From Planctomycetota bacterium (GTDB lineage: Bacteria > Planctomycetota > PLA2 > JAEUHO01), in assembly GCA_965223505.1 (NCBI GenBank), contig CBDCWP010000008.1, positions 64,001-128,000 of the forward strand: a stretch of 64,000 nucleotides of DNA. The letters are read 5' to 3'. This document shows positions 55,521 to 64,000 of this stretch, piece after piece. The translations under genes were made by a program, and so were the position numbers. The notes beneath the pieces are model-generated. The model ran no database searches and was not told the origin of the DNA. It was given only the letters and a program-made list of their open reading frames with translations. How positions within the stretch are numbered: the first letter of the stretch is position 1; each line of letters starts with the position of its first letter.

Positions 55521-56276
55521 GTGACCGGATCCTCCGACACCAACGGCGTGGTGGTGCGCGCCACCGGCCTGCACATGACCTTCGGGCGCGGCGACGCGGC
55601 GGTGAACGCGCTGCGTGATGTCAGCTTCGAGCTTCGGCGCGGCGAGTGCCTCGGCCTGCTGGGCGCCAACGGCAGCGGCAAGAGCACGACGATGCGCATC
55701 GTGCTCGGCATCCTCGAGCCGACGCGCGGCGACGTGGCGGTCCTCGGCGGCGCCGCGGGCCGGCGCGCCGCGCGCGCGCGCACGGGATTCGTTCCCGAGG
55801 AGGCGCGCCGGTTCGGCCGCCTGTCCGGTCGCGAGACCGTCGATTTCTTCGCGCGATTGCAGGGCGTTCCGCGCAGCGAGCGCAAGCGACGCGTCCAGGA
55901 CGCGTTGATCGCCGTCGGGCTCGCGGAGCGCGCGTGGAAGCAGCGTGTAGGCAACTACTCGCGCGGCATGACACGACGCCTGGCGATCGCCGCGGCGTGG
56001 GTGCACCGGCCCGCGTTGCTGGTGCTCGACGAACCGACGGCGGGTCTCGATCCGCCCGGTACGGAGGAGATCCTCGACCTGCTCGCACGGCACCGCGACG
56101 AGGGCGGCGCGACGCTCATCTCGACGCACGACCGCGTCACGGCGGAAGGCGCGTGCGACCGCGCGCTGGTCCTCTCGCACGGCAAGCTCGCGTTCGAAGG
56201 CAAGACGCAGGCGCTGCTCGCGGACGACGACGGTCCTTCGCTGGCCGGTCTGATTCGGAAGTCCGCCCGTGCGTGA
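55521..56276 (+). CDS. ABC transporter ATP-binding protein
   Basis: GANGSGKST, YSRGM, LVLDEPTAGLDP, STH. Confidence 0.93.
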   Translation: MTGSSDTNGVVVRATGLHMTFGRGDAAVNALRDVSFELRRGECLGLLGANGSGKSTTMRIVLGILEPTRGDVAVLGGAAGRRAARARTGFVPEEARRFGRLSGRETVDFFARLQGVPRSERKRRVQDALIAVGLAERAWKQRVGNYSRGMTRRLAIAAAWVHRPALLVLDEPTAGLDPPGTEEILDLLARHRDEGGATLISTHDRVTAEGACDRALVLSHGKLAFEGKTQALLADDDGPSLAGLIRKSARA

Positions 56277-57393
56277 CCTGTTCGTCCTGACCGGACGCCA
56301 CCTGCGCGTCGCGCTCCGGTCGCGCCTCGCGTGGGTGCTCGCGTTGGTGTTCATCGTGGCGGCGCACGCCGGCGTGATCCTCGTGCCCGACGCGTCGTCC
56401 GCCGCGGGGACGATCGCCGTGAGCGCGCTGCTCGCGCTCGTCTTCTTCGTGTTCTCCGTGTCGGCCGGCGCCGGCAACGTCCTGCCGGAAGACCGGCGCA
56501 CCAAGGCCGACGAGTGGCTCGAGTGCCTCGCGCCCCCGGCCTGGAAGCACCGCTTGTCGTGCGTGGTCGCCGGGTGGGTCCTCTGCCTGGGCGTGGCGAT
56601 CGTCGGCGGCGCCGTCGCCAGCGTCGTCACGTCGCTCTGGGCGTCCGACTTCACGGTGCGCGACGTGACCGCGGTCGACCTGGCGCAAGGCGCGCGGATC
56701 GCGCGTGCAGACGACGAGACGGGGCCCGGGGCACCGCGCGCGTTCGCCGTGCCCGGCGACGGGGCGGGGCGCACGCTGGCGCTGTCCGTACGCCCCCGGC
56801 CGCGGGATCCGGCGCTGCTCGTCGATCGCGTCGACCTCGATTGGCGCGGCGACGACGGATCGAGCGGCGCCGTGACGGTGTCGGTGTGGCAGACCATGCG
56901 CCTCGACGTGCCGGCGCGTGCGCGCTCGATCGAGCTGCGCAACCACTCCACCGACTGCGGGCTGTTCGTGAGGAGCAGCGAGGTGCTCGGACCGGCGCGT
57001 CCGCTGCCGCTCGGGCTCTTCTGGTTCGGACTGTGGACGGGACTCATGGGCGCCGCCGCCGTCCCCGTCGCGGTGTTCGTCTCGCGCTTCGCGTCGGGAG
57101 CGGTCGCGGGCGCGGCGGGCTTCAGCGTGCTCTTCTTCGGCGCGGTCAAGGCACCCATGTTGGAGCTGGCCGAGGCGCTCGCGGACGCGACCTGGGCGTC
57201 GGTCGTCTTGCAGACCGCGGCGCTCATGACGCCCGACATCGGCCTGTTGCGGCTCGTCGGCGCATACGCGGCGGGACGCTGGATGCCCGCGGACGCGTGG
57301 CGGGCGTTGCCGGGCGTACTCGGCTACGCGGCCGTCGGAACGGTGCTCGCGTGCGTGGCGTTGCCCGCGCGGTGGCGGGGGACGTCGGCATGA
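56269..57393 (+). CDS. ABC-2-type permease-like membrane protein with extracytoplasmic domain
   Basis: Multiple TMs with a soluble insert; overlaps the ATPase gene. Confidence 0.75.
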   Translation: MRDLFVLTGRHLRVALRSRLAWVLALVFIVAAHAGVILVPDASSAAGTIAVSALLALVFFVFSVSAGAGNVLPEDRRTKADEWLECLAPPAWKHRLSCVVAGWVLCLGVAIVGGAVASVVTSLWASDFTVRDVTAVDLAQGARIARADDETGPGAPRAFAVPGDGAGRTLALSVRPRPRDPALLVDRVDLDWRGDDGSSGAVTVSVWQTMRLDVPARARSIELRNHSTDCGLFVRSSEVLGPARPLPLGLFWFGLWTGLMGAAAVPVAVFVSRFASGAVAGAAGFSVLFFGAVKAPMLELAEALADATWASVVLQTAALMTPDIGLLRLVGAYAAGRWMPADAWRALPGVLGYAAVGTVLACVALPARWRGTSA

Positions 57394-58631
57394 GGTGGCG
57401 GTTCGCCCTCGCCGGCTGCGCATGTCTGCTGTTGGCGGCCTTCTCGGCGCCGATGTCGTCGAAGACCGGCGGTACGACGACGACCGCCGTCGGCCGCTCG
57501 ATGGGCGGCATGCGCGTCGTGTTGATCGACGTCCTGTTCCTGCGGGCGGACGCGCTGAAGAAGGACGGCCGTCCCGAAGAGGCCGCGGCGTTGTACGAGA
57601 CGATCATCGAGCTCGATCCAAAGAACGACGCGGCGGCCGTGCATCTGATCGACATCTACGTGGACGACCTGCTTCGGCGCGAGGCCACGCTCGAGGGCCG
57701 CATGCACTGGTGGCGCAAAGCGCGCTCGCTGCTCGCCAAGGCGCTGGTGCTGAATCCCGAGTCCGCCCTCCTGCACTACCGCGCGTTCCAGCTCGTCTGG
57801 ATCACGCCGGTGTCGCACCCCGATCTCGCGCAACCGTTGGCGCAGGAGATCGAACGACCGCGCTTCCTCGTGTTGTCGCATCTGCGCAAGGCCGCGCGAC
57901 TCACGGACAACATTCCCACGCGCTGGCGCCTGCATCTGCGCGATCTCTCCGAGATCGCACCCGCGTTCGCGGCCGAGGCGATCGGCGAGCAGCAGGCCGA
58001 GCTCTTCCAGGCCGCCGTCGCCGCGGGGTACGACCTGCTCGATCGCAGGCGCTCGACGCTGGGCAAGATGCTGCACGTGGTCGAGGTGCGCGGCCACAAC
58101 ATCGGCATACGTCGCGATCGCTTCCTCGAAGCGGGCCTGCAGACCGTGGCCGCGGTGCGCGAGGCCCTCGGCGCGTCCGATCATCGACGCGCGTGGGAGG
58201 TCGTCCGGCAGTACGAGCGGTTCGTCGGTAGCAGCAACGCCCTCGGCATCCTGGAAACGCTGCTGCTCCGCAGCCTGGCCGAAGCGGTCTTCGCGGGGCT
58301 GGGCGGCACGGAGCGCCGCGACGTGAACCTCGACATGGCGTCGCGGCTGGCGACGAAGGTCGCGGCGAAGGCCCTGGCGTACGAAAAGGACGCCGTTCGC
58401 GACGAGGCGCTGCGCATCGGGGACGCCCTGTTGGAAAGGCGCGGCGCTCAGCTGGGTGAGCGCGCCGCCGTGCTGAAGGCGGGTTTGGAGGCCGTCCGTG
58501 CGTTGATCCCCACCGAGACGGAGGCGTCCGCACAGCGCGAGATCGTGGACCGCTACGCGGACGGCGGCGATCCCGAGGTGCTGCCGCTCCTGCGCTGGAT
58601 CGTCGATCGGCGGCTCATTCCTGCACCCTAG
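57390..58631 (+). CDS. Exported alpha-helical/TPR-like hypothetical protein in the ABC operon
   Basis: Signal/TM then MGGMRVVLIDVLFLRAD.LK..G...IIELDP; ATGA overlap with the permease. Confidence 0.72.
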   Translation: MRWRFALAGCACLLLAAFSAPMSSKTGGTTTTAVGRSMGGMRVVLIDVLFLRADALKKDGRPEEAAALYETIIELDPKNDAAAVHLIDIYVDDLLRREATLEGRMHWWRKARSLLAKALVLNPESALLHYRAFQLVWITPVSHPDLAQPLAQEIERPRFLVLSHLRKAARLTDNIPTRWRLHLRDLSEIAPAFAAEAIGEQQAELFQAAVAAGYDLLDRRRSTLGKMLHVVEVRGHNIGIRRDRFLEAGLQTVAAVREALGASDHRRAWEVVRQYERFVGSSNALGILETLLLRSLAEAVFAGLGGTERRDVNLDMASRLATKVAAKALAYEKDAVRDEALRIGDALLERRGAQLGERAAVLKAGLEAVRALIPTETEASAQREIVDRYADGGDPEVLPLLRWIVDRRLIPAP

Positions 58632-58678
58632 CCCACCGTTCCACTACCCTCCGGGGTCCGAGAACGGAAACCGAACCG

Positions 58679-59101
58679 ATGTCCGAGAACGAGTCCAAGT
58701 CCGTCGAAGCACTTGTGCGGAAGGTCGCCGCCCTGTGCGCCGAGAAGCGAGGTGAGAACGTCGTCGCGCTCGACGTGCGCGGTCTCGTGGACTACATGGA
58801 CTTCCTGTTGGTCGTGACCGGCCGCGGGCCGCGGCAGAACCGCGCGATCTCCGAGCACGTGATCACGTGCATGAAACGCGAAGACATGCTGCCCCTGTCG
58901 CGCTCCGGCCACGACGGCGGGACGTGGATCTGCCTCGACTACGTGGACTTCGTCGTGCACATCTTCGACGACGAGACGCGCGAGCACTACGACCTCGAGC
59001 TCTTGTGGGCCGACGCGAAGCCGCTCGCGCTGGAATTGCCCGATGCCGTCGCGGCCGAAGAAACCGAGCCCGCCGAGGAAGGCGTCATCGAGCCGCCGTA
59101 G
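58679..59101 (+). CDS. rsfS: Ribosome silencing factor
   Basis: EKRGENVVALDV, DFLLVVTG...Q..AI, WICLDYVDFVVHIF...R.HYDLE.LW. Confidence 0.95.
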   Translation: MSENESKSVEALVRKVAALCAEKRGENVVALDVRGLVDYMDFLLVVTGRGPRQNRAISEHVITCMKREDMLPLSRSGHDGGTWICLDYVDFVVHIFDDETREHYDLELLWADAKPLALELPDAVAAEETEPAEEGVIEPP

Positions 59102-59161
59102 AGGCAGGCCTGAGAGGCAGTCGATGACCACGGCGTCTAGAACGACTCGATGGAGCGGCGC

Positions 59162-59773
59162 CTAGAGCGACTCGATGGCGTTGAACTCGTCGAAGTCGAC
59201 GACCCCGTCGCGGTTGGCGTCGGCACGCGAGATGGATCCGCCGAAGCGCTTGGCTTCCTCCATCTGCAGCAGGCCGTCGCCGTTGCGGTCGAGGTTTTCG
59301 AAGGCGATCTGCCGCTCCGACGTGGGCTCGAGCGTCACCATCTCGACGGTGTCGAAGATCGCGCCGACGTTGTTCTCCAGCGTACCGGTGCCGACGTCGA
59401 CCTCCTTGAAGCCGAAGTTGCGCTGCGGCTCGTAGCGGACCGCGCGGCCCATCGAGTCGATGTGGCCGAGCTGCTCGTTGCGGTTGAGGCTGGTCACCGT
59501 GTACATCCGGAACCGGGGACCGCCGCGCATCTGGCGGTACTCCTTCTCGACGACGTAGCCGGCGTGGCGCGGCGGCGCCAGCACCAACGACTGCGCGATC
59601 TTCACCTTCCAGATCTTGGTATCGTCGCTGACCATCCAGTCGCCGCGGTCCAGCCGCGAGGCGATCTCGTCGCACGTCGTCGGCCCGCAGGGCCCGCAGG
59701 GGCCGCCAGGTTGTGTGGCGCAGCCGGTCACGGCCAGCGCGATGAGCGCGGCAAGGCAGATCGGATACCTCAT
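59162..59773 (-). CDS. Lipoprotein with C-terminal EF-hand pair
   Basis: Lipobox VTGC; DRNGDG and DANRDG loops. Confidence 0.8.
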   Translation of the reverse strand: MRYPICLAALIALAVTGCATQPGGPCGPCGPTTCDEIASRLDRGDWMVSDDTKIWKVKIAQSLVLAPPRHAGYVVEKEYRQMRGGPRFRMYTVTSLNRNEQLGHIDSMGRAVRYEPQRNFGFKEVDVGTGTLENNVGAIFDTVEMVTLEPTSERQIAFENLDRNGDGLLQMEEAKRFGGSISRADANRDGVVDFDEFNAIESL

Positions 59774-59868
59774 TGAAGCGCGGTCCCTCCCGAGCGAACG
59801 GAGCGTAGGATAGCGCCTTCCTTCCGGGTGCGACAAGCATCCGGGCGGGTCGCGGGGGTGCGGCGCAC

Positions 59869-61875
59869 GTGTCGAGTTCCGGTTCGCCTGACGACGTCGA
59901 TCATCTCCTCGCGCCCAAAGGGCCCATCGCGCGTGCCTTCTCGGACGGCGGCGGCGAGTTCGAGGAACGCCCGCAGCAGCTTCAGATGGCGCGCGCGGTC
60001 CAAGCGGCTCTGTCATCGGGGCGTCATGCGTTGATCGAGGGCGGAACCGGGGTGGGCAAGTCCTTCGCGTATCTCGTTCCCGCGTTGAGCTGGGCGGCGC
60101 GAACGGGCGGCAAGGTCGCGGTCGCCACCAGCACGATCGCGCTGCAGGAGCAGCTCGTTCAAAAGGACCTGCCGCGCCTCGCGGCGTCCTTGCCGTTCGA
60201 CGTGTCCTTCGCGCTGGTCAAGGGGCGCGGCAACTATCTGTGCACGCGCCGGCTGCATCGCGCGCTCGCGGAGACCGGCTCGCTCTTCGACGGGGACGAA
60301 GCGCGCGAGCAGCTCGCGTCCATCCTCCGCTGGTCCGCGGTGACGAAGGAGGGCGCGCGCCAGGATCTGCCGTTCCGTCCGCTTCCGTCGGTGTGGGAGT
60401 CGGTGCGCGCCGAGCAGGGCAACTGCCTCGGCCGCGCATGCGCGTTCTATGCGGGCTGCCACTATCAGCGTTCGCGGCGGCGCGCGCACACCGTCAACCT
60501 GCTGGTGCTGAATCACCACGTGCTGCTCGCGGACCTGGCGCTTCGGCGTTCGGGCGCATCGTTCCTGCCGGACATCGACGTCGTGGTCGTGGACGAAGCG
60601 CACGACTTCGAGGACACGGCCGCCGAGCACCTCGGACTGCGCGTGTCGTCGCTCGGCATGCTGCATCAGCTCGGCCGGCTCTGGAACCCGACGCGCAGGA
60701 CCGGTCTCCTCCACGGTGACGCCGGGGAACGCCTGCGCGCCGCGGTGACGCGCACGCGCAAGGCGGCGCGGGCGTACTTCGCCGACGCGGCGGCGCAGCT
60801 GCCCGAGGAGCGTAGCCGCGGCACCGTGGAGCTGCCCGCGGACTTCACGCTGCCCGCGTCGTTCGCCGTCCAGCTCAACGAGCTCGCGGGCGCCGTCGCC
60901 GAGTGGAGCCGCGGGGTGAACGACATGGAGCAGTCCATGGAGCTCGGCGCGCGCGCGCGCGGACTCGGCGAAGCCGCGGGCGCGCTGGAGACGGTGGTCC
61001 AGGCGAGCGAAGAAGGGTTCGTTCGATGGGCCGAGGTCCGTCCCGGCGCGCGCGGCACGCAGGCGATGACGCTCGTACGGTCGCCGATCGACGTCGGGCC
61101 CGCCCTCGACGAGGTGCTGTGGAGCAAGCACGCGTCGGTGATTCTCACCAGCGCCACGCTGACGACGGGAAAGCCGGCTTCGTTCGACTTCATGCGCCGG
61201 CGCCTCGGTCTCGATGCGCCGGAGATGCTGTCCGTCGGCAGCCCGTTCGAGTATCGCCGCCAGGCGCGGCTGGTCCTGCGCACCGACCTACCCGACCCGG
61301 GCGCGAACGCGCGCGGCTACGAGGACGCGCTGTGCGACGCGGTGTTCGATGCGGTCCGGCGCACCGACGGCGGCGCGTTCGTGCTGTTCACCGCGTACGG
61401 CGCCATGCGCCGCACGGTCGAGGCGCTGCGCGACCGGCTCGAGGCCGCCGACCTCACGGTGCTCGTGCAGGGCGAGGACCTCGAGCGCAGTGCGCTGCTC
61501 GACCGCTTCCGCGAGGGCGGTTGCGTGCTCTTCGGCGTGTCGTCGTTCTGGCAGGGCGTGGACGTGCCCGGCGACGCGCTGCGCCACGTCGTCATCGCCC
61601 GGCTGCCGTTCGAGGTGCCGACGCATCCGCTGCAACGCGCGCGCAGCGATCACGTCTCGTCGGCCGGGGGCGATCCGTTTCGCGACCTCGCGGTGCCCCA
61701 AGCGGCGCTGCGCCTCAAGCAGGGGTTCGGCCGGTTGATCCGTCGCTCGGACGACTCGGGTGTCGTCACGATTCTCGACCCGCGTATCGTGCGCAAGTCC
61801 TACGGCCGTGTGCTGTTGGACAGCTTGCCGGAGTGCCCGGTCGAGCTCGTACCCGACGAGGGGCAGTCGATCTGA
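59869..61875 (+). CDS. dinG: DinG/YoaA-family ATP-dependent DNA helicase
   Basis: ERPQQ, EGGTGVGKS.AYL, KGRGNYLC, Fe-S Cys cluster, DEAH, TSATL, SFWQGVDVPG, LKQGFGRLIR. Confidence 0.95.
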   Translation: MSSSGSPDDVDHLLAPKGPIARAFSDGGGEFEERPQQLQMARAVQAALSSGRHALIEGGTGVGKSFAYLVPALSWAARTGGKVAVATSTIALQEQLVQKDLPRLAASLPFDVSFALVKGRGNYLCTRRLHRALAETGSLFDGDEAREQLASILRWSAVTKEGARQDLPFRPLPSVWESVRAEQGNCLGRACAFYAGCHYQRSRRRAHTVNLLVLNHHVLLADLALRRSGASFLPDIDVVVVDEAHDFEDTAAEHLGLRVSSLGMLHQLGRLWNPTRRTGLLHGDAGERLRAAVTRTRKAARAYFADAAAQLPEERSRGTVELPADFTLPASFAVQLNELAGAVAEWSRGVNDMEQSMELGARARGLGEAAGALETVVQASEEGFVRWAEVRPGARGTQAMTLVRSPIDVGPALDEVLWSKHASVILTSATLTTGKPASFDFMRRRLGLDAPEMLSVGSPFEYRRQARLVLRTDLPDPGANARGYEDALCDAVFDAVRRTDGGAFVLFTAYGAMRRTVEALRDRLEAADLTVLVQGEDLERSALLDRFREGGCVLFGVSSFWQGVDVPGDALRHVVIARLPFEVPTHPLQRARSDHVSSAGGDPFRDLAVPQAALRLKQGFGRLIRRSDDSGVVTILDPRIVRKSYGRVLLDSLPECPVELVPDEGQSI

Positions 61876-62309
61876 TGAAGGTCACGACGTACACCGAAGC
61901 CGAGCCGGTCGCATCGAGCGTGCTGCTGCGCGTGGTGATGTGCGTCGACGTCGTGCTCGCGCTGTGGTTCACCGCGTACTGGTGGGACGAGCAATCGCAA
62001 GGCGTCCATCCGATGCTGCTCGCGCTCTTGGCGGTCTTCGGCGCGCTCGTCGTCTTGACGAGCATCGGCTGCTTGGGCCTGCGCGCTGCGGCGATGGTCT
62101 GGAGGCGCCGGCTCGGCTTGATCGCCGTCATCATCGTGATCTGGCGCGGCGGCGCCCACAGCCCGATCTTCTTTCAGTGCGTGGTCCTGTTCTGGAACGC
62201 GTTCATCTGGATCGTGCTGTTGCTCGAAGCGCGGCGCGTGGCGCACATCGTCTCCGAGGCGACCGGCGAAGAGGTTCTCCAGGCCGACCCGGAGCGTCCG
62301 GACCGCTAG
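61875..62309 (+). CDS. Hypothetical 4-TM membrane protein
   Basis: TGATG overlap with the helicase; four hydrophobic segments. Confidence 0.7.
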   Translation: MKVTTYTEAEPVASSVLLRVVMCVDVVLALWFTAYWWDEQSQGVHPMLLALLAVFGALVVLTSIGCLGLRAAAMVWRRRLGLIAVIIVIWRGGAHSPIFFQCVVLFWNAFIWIVLLLEARRVAHIVSEATGEEVLQADPERPDR

Positions 62310-62322
62310 GCCTTGCCCGCGG

Positions 62323-63552
62323 CTACGGCGAGAACTCGACCGCACCGACGTCGGCGTTGCCGTCGCCGAAGCGGCTCACCGACCGTTGGTCCAGGAAGAG
62401 CGGCAGTCCGTTCTCGTCCAGGCACTGGGCGTGCGGCACGGCGTTGTTGGCGGGGCTGCCGAGCAGGGGAGAGCGCGAGTAGGTGTCGCCGACCTGCTGC
62501 AGCGGGCCGAGCAGCGGACCGAGCGGCGCGCCCGAGTCCCCGACCATGTTGCCGTTCACGCCGTCCACGATCGCGCCGACGTCCAAGCTGCCGATCAGGT
62601 TGTAGGACGCGTTGGTCGCCCAGACGATCGACGGCGCGAAGTCGGGCCGTAGCGGGCAGTTGTTGTCGGCGATGATCGTCTGCCGCACGGTGAACGTGCC
62701 CTCTCCGCCCTCGGTGCCGAGCATCACCCCGCCCCCGACCTCCGCCGCGCTGTTGCCGGTAATCGTGCAGCCGAAAAGGCCGAGCTCGCCCCCGGAGACC
62801 ATCGCGATGGCCACGATGCCTCCGCCGTCGTCGTTCGGCGTGCCGCCGAGCGCGGTGTTGCCGTGCACGGTCGTGCTGCGCGCGGTCAACGACCCGCCAA
62901 GCATCACGACACCGCCGCCCGGGCCGTTGGTCGCGGCATTGACGCGCAGCGAGGAGTTGGTGATCAGGGTTTCGCACAGAAGCAGGTACAGCCCTCCGCC
63001 GTGCTGGGCGTTACACCCCGCGACGTCGCATCGATCCAGGTGCAGCTCGGAGGCGGCGGCCTGAATCGCGCCTCCGCTGAGGCCCGCGATCGCGTTCGTG
63101 ATCCGGACGCGCGACAGGACGACGGACGAATTGCCGACGTGCATCGCGCCGCCCGTGCCGGGCGCCTCGCAGTCGTTGAGCCACAGCCCCTCGAGGCGCA
63201 CGAACGGCGCGCCGTCGATGAAGAACGCGCGGTCGCCGTTGTCGAGGAACAGCTCGGTCTGCACGCCGTCCGGACCGCCGGTGATGCGAATCGACTTCTC
63301 GATCTCGATCTGCGACATCAGGAAGACGCTGCCGCCCTGGATCGCGGGGTCGAACGTGACGAGCGCGCCGGGCAGCGCGTCCGCAACGACCTGCCGAAGC
63401 GATCCCGGGCCGTCGTCGTTCAGGTTCGTGACCTGCACGATCTGCGTGATCGGCGGACCGCCGTCTGCGGCGGTTCCGGGGCCGCCGCTCGAGCCGCAGC
63501 CCGACAGGACGAATCCGGCGACACAGATGATGACCCAGCGCGTGGCAGCCAT
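62323..63552 (-). CDS. Beta-helix (Pmp-like GG repeats) lipoprotein with choice-of-anchor Q-like C-terminus
   Basis: Lipobox LSGC; VTNLNDDGPGSLRQ; repeated N.A...GGG/GGAI; GSPA.NA...DQR...D.GAVE. Confidence 0.85.
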   Translation of the reverse strand: MAATRWVIICVAGFVLSGCGSSGGPGTAADGGPPITQIVQVTNLNDDGPGSLRQVVADALPGALVTFDPAIQGGSVFLMSQIEIEKSIRITGGPDGVQTELFLDNGDRAFFIDGAPFVRLEGLWLNDCEAPGTGGAMHVGNSSVVLSRVRITNAIAGLSGGAIQAAASELHLDRCDVAGCNAQHGGGLYLLLCETLITNSSLRVNAATNGPGGGVVMLGGSLTARSTTVHGNTALGGTPNDDGGGIVAIAMVSGGELGLFGCTITGNSAAEVGGGVMLGTEGGEGTFTVRQTIIADNNCPLRPDFAPSIVWATNASYNLIGSLDVGAIVDGVNGNMVGDSGAPLGPLLGPLQQVGDTYSRSPLLGSPANNAVPHAQCLDENGLPLFLDQRSVSRFGDGNADVGAVEFSP

Positions 63553-63656
63553 GGCGACGTCTCCCGTACGCAGCGCGCGCCGTTCACGGCGCGCGCCCTA
63601 CGTGGAGGTAGTCGCGAAGGCGCGCCCGAATTGCCGGGCGCGTTCCCGACGGGCCG

Positions 63657-64000
63657 CTACGCGGTCGCGGTGGCCCGGTCCAAGCGCTCTTGGGCCAGCC
63701 GGTTCGAGGCCTCGTTCGTGCTGATGTCGTCGCGCTTCGCGATCTCGAAGACGCGCTTCATGGCGTGGTAGATGTTCTCCACCTTCGCGCGCGCGCGATC
63801 CTCGTCGTAGCCCGTCGGCTCGACCTCGATCGACACGTTGATGATGCCGCCGGCGTTGATGACGTAGTCCGGCGCGTACAGGATCCCGGCTTCCTTGAGG
63901 CGGTCACCGTGGTCCTCGCGCAGGAGGATGTTGTTCGCGGCGCCCGCGATGATCTTCGTGTCGAGCTTCGGGAGGCTGTCGTCGTTGACGACCGCGCCCA
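63657..64000 (-). CDS. Glu/Leu/Phe/Val dehydrogenase (leucine dehydrogenase-like), 3' part only
   Basis: Manual translation: GAVVNDD...IIAGAANN.L...GILYAPDYVINAGGIINV...IAKRDDIST.EAS.RLA.ER; TAG at 63657-63659. Confidence 0.93.
   Translation of the reverse strand, partial: GAVVNDDSLPKLDTKIIAGAANNILLREDHGDRLKEAGILYAPDYVINAGGIINVSIEVEPTGYDEDRARAKVENIYHAMKRVFEIAKRDDISTNEASNRLAQERLDRATATA

Overview
High-GC bacterial chromosomal segment, most likely from a Planctomycetota-like (PVC) organism. This is inferred from the lepA-lepB(large insert)-lptB order, a planctomycete-type CxxCH protein, a PVC-type amidase and many secreted TPR/EF-hand proteins. About 60 genes are supported. Core genes include sodB, ogt, birA, etfAB, lptB, lepB, lepA, rdgB, rph, dapF, nadC, rsfS and a DinG-family helicase; there are also two two-component systems. 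No rRNA, tRNA, CRISPR array, transposase or integrase was recognised. The most unusual items are: (1) an 1810-aa membrane-anchored sigma-54 enhancer-binding protein with three extracytoplasmic sensor regions (one CBM9-like), HAMP, GAF, a degenerate GGDEF, an AAA+ core and a non-Fis winged HTH; (2) an orphan TIR protein fused to a predicted beta-barrel, abutting that gene; (3) a 102-aa histone-H1/protamine-like protein made only of K, R, A and P after the initiator Met; (4) a TPR-CHAT protein with Ser in place of the catalytic Cys; (5) a CarH-like regulator lacking its cobalamin ligands, behind a consensus-like sigma-54 promoter; (6) GTAG-type REP/BIME mosaics and other structured repeats; (7) a recurrent TANNNT -10 box 6-8 nt upstream of start codons, indicating widespread leaderless transcription. 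All domain calls were made by eye from motifs; no database search was run.
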